From contig OZ038378.1 of assembly GCA_964036045.1 (NCBI GenBank), positions 189,844,001-189,908,000 of the forward strand: a stretch of 64,000 bases of DNA, read 5' to 3'. The DNA comes from Eutreptiella sp. 'Long Island Sound 2002'. Its lineage: Eukaryota > Protista > Euglenida. Position 1 is the stretch's first letter. Every line of letters begins with the position of its first letter. The notes under the pieces are model-generated. The model was given only the letters and a program-made list of their open reading frames with translations, was not told the origin of the DNA and did not search any database. Positions 55,826-64,000 of this stretch are shown in pieces. The position numbers were made by a program, and so were the translations under genes.

Positions 55826-57563
55826 GCGGGATATCCCTGTTCTGCAACCCGCGAGATCTGGAACCCGATTTCTAACCATTAAATCAATGTAGAATTACCA
55901 TAACTTTATTGTCTTAGGCGACTCTCGGTCAGAAATCGGTGAAATACCCAATTTTTACCGCGATTTCCAATTGTCGTGAAATCGCCGCAGTCGCGCCGCC
56001 TGTCGTCGCCCGTTCCGTGGACTTGAAGCCGGTTCGGACCCCCGTGGCCATCTTTGGGTCACTTGGGCTGTGTATCTATGTGCCGGCAAGCCGCCATTGG
56101 CTGATATCATACTCTCCCATCCACCTGACCTAACCCGATGTGATAGTGTGATAGGTTTGGCCATTCCGGCTATGAGCGGCCATATTCAGTACTGAGGCGC
56201 CGCCAGCGGAGATCTATATATCAGAATATCAGGAATCAACAGGGTTTTTTTATCATAATGTTTCCGTAATTTTTGAGCCTTCCGTTCTGATGGTCAATGT
56301 ATCGGCGACTGTCAGTTGGCTCGCGATTTTGCGGTAACCGAATGGTTAAATGTTATTTACGGATATTTTGGCGGAAACCCCGATGAAGGGTCAGATTTCA
56401 TCAGTAAAGGGTTCGTTGCTTCCGCAATTTTCATATTATACACTCGCAAAATTAATCCGATTTTTTCAGACTTTCAGAATCGGATTTTCGAGTTCGACAT
56501 CGCCGCACTTGATATGACGAATCTCGAGTGGTCCTACATTTTCCCCCGATCACGAATCAACTTTCCTTTTGTTATGCCCTTCGCTTTTCTTGGAGATATA
56601 GGAGAAACAAAATTGATTCGTGAGACCACTTTGAAAGGTCATATCTCCGGCTCACGGCGAGGAATATCAATTTCGAGAATTGGGTTGGAACCGCCTTGGT
56701 CTCAACTTAATTTAGGAAGCATCAAACGCCTTTTTGTGTGTACACATGCCCGGTGTAGCAAGGGATAATGGTCAAGAGGGTAGAAAGTGATATATAACTC
56801 TTGGACCGTGCGACCGAACATTTTATTGTGACTTTCGAGTGTACCGCATGAGTGTTGGGGTTGCATAGATAATTTTTTTGGGTTCCCACGTATTTTGAAC
56901 GTGAAGTTATGTCCATGGAGGGGCTTGGCATACCATGGTGGGAGCCACTTTTCGAGGGTATGTGTTATATGCATGGTATGTGCTTCGATATGCTCACGCC
57001 CATGTTATATATCTTCGTGTGGCCGAAGAGATGGGGAGCCACACGTGACAAGGGCTTTGCCCATGTCCCAATTGTGGAATTCAAAGCGCTAGACCAAGTC
57101 TACCGCGTATGTATTGCTCATGGTATGTGTGGCAAAGAGATCCATGAGTGCACTCCCATTTTCATGGGGCATGTAGATATGAGTGGCGAAGGTATCTCCA
57201 TGCGCCCGATTGGGGATCCAAGTGGGGGAATTGTTCGCAAAGGGTTCCAATCATTTGTGTATTGAACCATGAGCGGATATCATGGGTGAGCATAGAGATA
57301 TACTATCATGACAACTTTGTATTTGGACATATTTTCATGTTTTTGACCTCATTTTATGCTCATTTTTGTATTTTATGTGCTCAACTGGTCGGCTAGCAGT
57401 AAAGTGCCTAGAGATCCCTGAACTATGGTATGTTGCTTATATGTTGGCATATGCTTCGGTGTTGTACCTCACCATATGCCGGATCACATGGTCACTTTGG
57501 CGTGGCACACGAGGCCTCACAAAATTAGGTCTCAAATTCATGAGCTGACTCGCGAAGCATGCC

Positions 57564-58043
57564 TGTAACCGCTGCATACTGGTTGATCTTTGTTGTAACT
57601 GCGAAGCCTGTAGCCTTGATGCCCCAGGGGTCGTAACGCCCGACACTGCCCCTGATATCTCCGAACCCACATAACCCTCTTCGGACCCATATCCAGCCTC
57701 TGGGAGCGACATATGCAAAGCACTTGTAAGTCCTTTGAACTCCATGGTGGAATATGAAGAGTACGAAAACCCGGTCTACAAAAATGGAGCAGACATAGAA
57801 TCTCAATGCGCATTCATCGCACATAATGACACAACGTGAAATCATTCGAAATAATTGAAATAAATCCGATTGGGAAATCACGAAAGACAAATGCGACTCG
57901 ACGCGCGCTCACAGGCGACATCTGGCGGCGAACGGAAAACATGAAATGAAGCGGAAAATTTACTGCACTAATGTACATCTGAGAATCATTGAAATTCTGA
58001 TCACATCAGTGTATAATTGAGTGCTGTCACTGCTGCCGTTACA
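57564..58043 (-). repeat. 3' LTR, about 480 bp
   Basis: TGTAAC...GTTACA inverted termini, preceded on the minus strand by a PPT. The far end is inferred because the 5' LTR is absent. Confidence 0.7.
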
Positions 58044-58053
58044 CTCCCCCTCT
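58044..58053 (-). promoter_or_regulatory. Polypurine tract
   Basis: AGAGGGGGAG directly before TGTAAC. Confidence 0.85.
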
Positions 58054-59387
58054 GAAAACATACGCCAGTATGTCAGGCTGGGTCAAGTGAAGTGAACGAA
58101 ACGGCGAAAGTGACCAAAAACCGACTAATCTAAGGCAAAATGTGTGAAAATGAGCTGAATTGAGCAAAATTGTGCTGAGATCTGTGCTTCGCGATGGCCA
58201 TCGACTTGAATGAAACGCATAGGTACCTCAGGGCACACAGAAAAAGCTTCGTTCAAGCTCGAAAATTCGAAAATTGAAAGTCTGAGTGAAGAATGTACAT
58301 GATGATCCATGATCCATGATTCATGATGAAATCAGGATCTGACATCCCACTGCCAGAAAACAGAAAACGAGCGTCGCCATGTCGTCGAGCGTCAAAAAAA
58401 TAGGGTATCCCTTCATGGAGTCCAAGATATGTGAAACTGGCTGGTGTCATTTGCAGTCATGAGACCAGATGCCAGATTATGGTACAAAATGTGCCTGAAT
58501 TGGGACCAAAATCAGTGAATCGCCCACGGATTGAGGGTGGCGAAGTTCACAGCAAGCCAAAATAGGTCCAATTCAATGTCGATAGACACTGTGTGTTGTG
58601 TTGAACGGAAATCCAGTTCTCATTCATAGCCAATCCAGGTCAAATCCTCATGATGATGATGAATCCCATGATGGAAATCCAATCATTTAAAGTAATGATA
58701 GCCAAGAAAACCCAGTGCGTGCACTACACTGTCAGTATTGTTCCCAGGGCTTCATGTTTAGTCCAGTATGAGCCAGAAGGGGTAATTGACTCGTTATAGT
58801 CCCAGGATGTATAAGCATCCAATGCTTGGTACTGGGAATTTGCCAAAATTGAGCTGATTCTGAGGGGGATTCCAACACAATCCACAGATGAACAGCGAGT
58901 CGACACAAGTAAGAACACCATCGTCGTCACTTGGTCTATATAAGCCCTTTGACAGTGGTCGATTGAAAAACAAACCAACCGTCTCAATGTAAGAGCTGAT
59001 GGAAATGGCATTCTGAGCAGATCCGTCAAACACATGAAATCAATCAGACTCAGTCATGTGCCAGAATCTCTGTAATGAGCATGAACTCGAACGAGTCCTT
59101 CCCAAGGCGAGTAGAGGGGTCCAGTCGACAGCAAAACACGAGAGTGTCGTCGTGGTTGAGGATAATGGCCTTTCGGATCTTCGGATTGGAATCATCTGAG
59201 ATGAAGCACATGATTCACATGATGACCATGATGGGAATGATGGATGGAATGACCAGGATGACCCCAGAATGTCCCATCATCTGTTCATCGAACCACATAG
59301 ACGATGCGTCAGGACTGTATTGTCCCCATGCCAAGGGTATATGTCGACCGTAAACCTCTTGGAAAGTTTCGGCGGTCTCAATCCTGA

Positions 59388-62300
59388 TCAGATCTTGTCA
59401 TGAATGGATGATGCCACAATTGGAGCTTCTTCTTGTGCTTGTAAGTCTTCCTTGGTGACACAATCCTTGATCAGCGAGAGCTCTTTGTCAATCTCAGGGT
59501 GTTTCTTCAGGAACTTGATGAAAGTATCCGTATACCCATGGATGAAACTTGAAGCTGGCTCCCATTTGTCTTCTTCTGGACCGAATCCTTTCCATCTGCA
59601 CAGAAAGTACCACTTGTTTCGAGCATTCTTCTTGTAATCAAGGATCTTCTCCAACTCGAAACTGCTTGTGACCATCTTCCTGTCGCTCAGGTACTTCGAA
59701 GTCCAATAGAGAGGCTTGAACCTTCCTTTCGGGCAGGGTACTTCGGCCTTCAAACGATCACGATGTACTTCTTGATGCCTGCCTGGCTCAATCTGAATGT
59801 TGAATGTAGTCTCACTTAGTTGACCACTGACTTGGAATGGGCCATCCCACAAAGGTAACAATTTGTTGTCGTCCTTCAGGGTCTCGTCTGACTTGCGAAG
59901 CCAAACTTGCTGGCCTTTCTCGAAGGGTTTTCCTTGCGTTCTTGACTTTTTTTTGAAATTCAACCAATCTGCTTGACTTTCCACTTTGGCTTGGATCCAC
60001 TTGGCTTCTAAATCCTTGATCCTCTCAAACCATTGCGAGGCGTCGTAGCACTGCCTTGGATGATACATCACTGGTCCTGGACCCATCTTCTCGCGACCAA
60101 AAACCAGCTCATTCGGACTTAATCCAGTGTAATTCTTGGTGCGATGGTATCTTCTCAAGACACAGTAAATTGTCTCCAACCAATTGTAGTCTTTTTCAGT
60201 CGCCAGGAATTTTCTCAGAATGGAGATAAGAATTCTTCCAGCGCGTTCAGCAGGGAGAGCTCGATGGTCGTAGACTCGGGCACGAAGGTGATGAACTCCC
60301 AATAGGGCACACATGTTCTCCCACCAAGTCCCAATGAACTCTTTCCCACTGTCCGTCAGAATTTCACTGGGTACATCCCAGTTACTCATCCACTGACTTG
60401 CAGTCCACTTGGCAGCCATTTCAGAGGTGAGATGCTTCGTGTTGCAAGGGAGGACTTGGATGTAGCCACTGTGGCGGTCTTGAATTAACAAAACCCCATC
60501 GATAGGCTTCCTCGTGTAGAGACATTCCTCTTGGATTTGTCCCAACTCGAAGACATCCGCCGTCACCTTGTCGAACAGCCTCTCAGGAATTGGTAATCCC
60601 TTCAGTAGTCCTTCTGCCTTTTGATTCTTCGGGATAGTCGCCTGACATTGCTTGCATCCTTTGGCAACTCGTTCACAGGCACTCCTGAGGTCCCTTGTGT
60701 ACACTCTGTGGCGTAGCTCCTGCTCCAGCACACGAGAATGTGTGTGGGCTGTCTCATTCCGATGCCAATGTTTGACATATTTGTCAATCAGACAATCAGG
60801 AACACAAATCCGTCCTTGCCAAAATAACTTGTCGCCTTGGATTTTGAAATCAGACGTCTCTTCAGAGTCGTAAGGCTTGTCCCCTTTCAACTTGTGGTAT
60901 ACAGACCCAAACAACCTGTCCTCCTTGTACATCTTCGTCCAATCCACATAGAGGAAGGAAGTTTCCTTGTCCGTTTGTTGTGGAGGGAGCGTGGATTTCG
61001 CTTTGGATCTCGTCGTAGGAAACACATTCAGGAGTGGCAGCGACGACTCAGAGTCAGAGTTAACTCCTGCAGTCTGATCTGCCTTGGTAATCTCCTTGCA
61101 TCTGACCAAATCCACCTTCATCCGATTTTTAATCGAACATTGGAGACAATGTTTCTTGATCAGTGCTTGTTCCTCCTTTTCGAACTCGATCACTTCAGCT
61201 TTATCCGTCGCTGTCCCATGAAAACTCACTTCAGAGTAAGCCTCTGAGGCTGGGTAGGCCCAGCGACTCAGGGCGTCTGCCACTGTATTGTAGCGACCCG
61301 GAATGTAAGTCAGATTGGAGGTCAAATCTGCTGAGAGTTTCATGCCAACGGCCTCTTCTCCCAGCTGGTCCACCAGGGGTATCCACATGTTCTGTCCTCC
61401 AGCTCTCCAGTGACTTGTGGTCAGTCAGTACCTCAACGCGATGGCCCAAGATCCAACCTTCATAACGCCGTAAGGCACAAAGGATTGCGTAGGCTTCTTG
61501 TTCCCTTGGACTCCAATTTCGCTGTCTTGTTGTAAGCTTGCGAGACCAGAAAGCCAGAGGATGATGGTGACCTTCGTCATCGACTTGTTCGATCGTAGCA
61601 CCAATGGCGTAACGACTGGCGTCTGTACGAATATAAAAAGGTCTTCCATCCAACCACGGAGTCTTTAATGTAACCACATTTGCCAGTGCTTCCTTGAGAC
61701 CAATAAAGGCTTCTTCACATTCTGGCGTCCACTTGAGCTTGACTTGAGATCCTTTCTTTCCTTCTATTTTGCCAACCTTGAGTAACTCTGTCAATGGACC
61801 AGAGAACTTGGCGTAGAGAGGAAGGAACTCGTGGTAATAATTGCAGCAGCCTAAAAAGGCACGAAGCTGCGTGATGGTTTTAGGCCTTTCCCAAAGCTGC
61901 AGGGCAGCCATTTTTCCTGGGGCTGGTCTTCTTGTCCCATCTTCCAAGACAGAGCCACAAAATTCCACACTCTGGAGGAACATCTTGCCCTTCTTGGGTC
62001 CACACACGAGCTTCTCTTGTCGAAGGACTTCGAGAACTTTTCGAACTTGTTCTTCGTGCAACTTCAGGCACTCATCAAAGTTGTTTCCCAACGGCGTGGC
62101 AATCAGAAGGTCGTCAATGTAGATGGAGCAGAATTCTTGTAAATCCAGATCTTTGTGCTTCTGAAATAAAATAGTCTCCATCATCTTCTGGAACATCGAC
62201 GGCGCATTCTTCAGACCCATCGGCAGTACAGTCCACTGGACAGTGCCACAGGGCGTGCACATTGCCGTCAAATGCCTATCCTCCTTTCGAAGGGGCATCT

Positions 62301-63999
62301 GATGAAAGCCATGGCGCAAATCCAACACAGTAAAGAGCTTGCCTTTGGCTCTCACGGCGATCTCCTTCTCGATTAGAGGCAGAGGATGCGCGTCTGGTAC
62401 TGTGGCGGCATTCAGGGCTCTGCAATCCACCACTAGACACCAAGCATCTATGCTGGATTGGTCAGCAGGTGGGGGTTCTGGCACAGTAAATGGTGCTGAA
62501 CACCACTCAGAACTCATGCAGCCCTCCAACCAAACAAACTCATAGAGATTGCGCTCAATAATCTTTCGCAGGGCATCTGCTTTGGTGCCGTGGAGATAGA
62601 ATGGACGTTGTTTGTGCACCTTTGAGCCTTCGATTATGTCAATCTTGGCTTCCCCATTTTCACATGGAATTCGGGGGTTTTTCCACAACTTCCCACTCAG
62701 CACGTCATCTTGATAATCTTCGAACACTGCGTCCCTTCTTGCAGCTATCTTGTCTCCGTCGACCTGATTCCCACATTTAATCACCGACATTATGTCCACC
62801 AATTTGCGAATTGTTGGTCGTGGTCTCATGTTCTTGGCCACTTCATTCCAAACTTCTTCGTCGCATTGCTGGCGGATGAAGCTCACCTGAGCTCGCTCCT
62901 CCGTGGGATCCCACCAATCAAAGGGGTCCACGAATGTCTTGAAAAGATGGTCGGACGAATTCAGCTTCATTCCTGTCAATTCAGGCGAGATTCTTGGAGA
63001 TTTGTCTTCATTCTTGCTTGAAATCTTGACATTTTTGGCTTGATTCTTGTCTGATGGGGACGAATTGTAGTGGATGGAGGCGTTCTCTTGAGGGACGCCG
63101 ATTGTCCTTCCCTCCTTCCGCGACGATACGTCGGGATTCCGCTCTCGATCGTCTTCATCCACCTCAATTTCGTCGATTCTTGAGGAATTTGATATGACCT
63201 CTTCTGTTCCCATTTCACTGTCATCTTGCCAATAATCTCCCAGATTCCCGTCAACTAAGCACGCCAACGTGCTCCACGAACGCTGTGGCAAAGGCTTGCC
63301 ATTGTCTTCGCAATACAGCTTCACTCCTTTGTGAGGTAGCTCGACAATGTCGATTGAAATGTCCATAATGTCCTTGAACCACTCTTGTCTTGGCCAATTG
63401 GGGACAATTAAAATCGCCTTTGCGCCGGATTGCTTCAGCCTCTGCACCACACGAGGGAAAACGTCCAAGGGCGGATTGATCCAAAGAGGTTCAGACCAGT
63501 CCTCACTCCAGGCATCGTCGTAGAACTTCGGAAATCTTTTATTCTTTTTGTTTGCAAAGGCATCAACTTCAGGACGAAAATTGTGGTTCTTTTCGAAATA
63601 ATCCACCAGAATGTCCCGCCATTTGTCGACTACTCGATAGCAAACTGACCCTCACTTCTTGCAGTTCAATGATTCCACCTTTCCTTCGTCGAATTCTTCT
63701 TGATTCCCTGTCCATTCTTGCCCATCTTCCTGAAAATGCAGCTTATTTCGCTCTTTGAATTGGTGGATACTCTTGGTATATGGGTGCAGATAATACAGGT
63801 CAGACGGGTCGCTGGTCGACGGATCCTGGAGGAAGCATGTCCTGTGTCCCATGGGCGACACGCGGTGAGCGTGAAGCCAGGGTTGACCCAAGAATAAATC
63901 ATACTTTATACTGGCTTCATAGAATTTTCCAGGAAACCACTCCTCCGTGACCGTCTCTTCCACGCTCCACACAGATTGTTTCACCAATCTGACCGCCAA
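59388..63999 (-). pseudogene. pol polyprotein with one TGA (63652-63654) and one frameshift (about 61310)
   Basis: DLFLGQPWL (PR); EVDAFA..WINPPL (MTase); YIDD (RT); IRTDAS and LTDHKSL (RH); H-H/C-C, TADVF, LTDSGKEF and PAER (IN); FELEKILDYKK..YFLCRWKGFGPEEDKWEP (chromodomain). Confidence 0.93.
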
Positions 64000-64000
64000 T

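Larger units (their letters stand above)
57564..64000 (-). mobile_element. Chromoviral Ty3/Gypsy LTR retrotransposon carrying a Dam-like methyltransferase domain (5' part outside the window)
   Basis: PR - Dam-like - RT - RH - IN - chromodomain, followed by PPT and 3' LTR. Confidence 0.93.

Noticed and set aside
56316-56768. 150-aa ORF
   Set aside because: Non-ATG start and no motifs. The sequence looks like the AT-rich interior of a non-coding DNA-transposon-type repeat.
48002-63654. Stop-codon reassignment (TAG=Gln, TGA=Trp)
   Set aside because: The stops occur only in decayed TE copies and are single transitions from CAG or TGG. Long intact ORFs in the window use no internal stops, and both PLE ORF1 and the PLE RT end in TGA.

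Overview
This is a eukaryotic, repeat-dominated 64-kb window; the protist-like assignment is inferred and the taxon cannot be fixed from the sequence. I find no rRNA, CRISPR array or prokaryotic operon. One convincing host gene is present: a two-exon, minus-strand, signal-peptide protein (exons 5835-5694 and 4054-2823). Its 1.64-kb GT-AG intron is bounded by a 10-bp direct repeat. The rest is mobile DNA and satellites. (1) A 5.85-kb Penelope-like retroelement (33568-39422) between 205-bp direct repeats. Its GIY-YIG endonuclease lies upstream of the RT, and it has a separate ORF1 with two zinc knuckles, a coiled coil and a possible Tudor-like tail. (2) A minus-strand chromoviral Ty3/Gypsy element (57564 to beyond the window end) with a phage/DIRS-type Dam-like amino-methyltransferase domain (NPPL) between protease and RT. 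(3) A plus-strand Gypsy element (about 44428-53333) with a very large coiled-coil Gag and a catalytically eroded homologue of the same domain at the same position. (4) A young 2.3-kb non-autonomous LTR element (22817-25123) with TG..CA LTRs, PBS, PPT and a TCTTG target-site duplication. (5) A decayed Gypsy RT fragment, an orphan 3' LTR, tRNA-like heads, and mini- and microsatellites. The best candidates for undescribed biology are the multi-ORF Penelope-like element and the methyltransferase-like module shared by the two Gypsy families. All domain calls come from motif recognition by eye and need HMM or structure confirmation.
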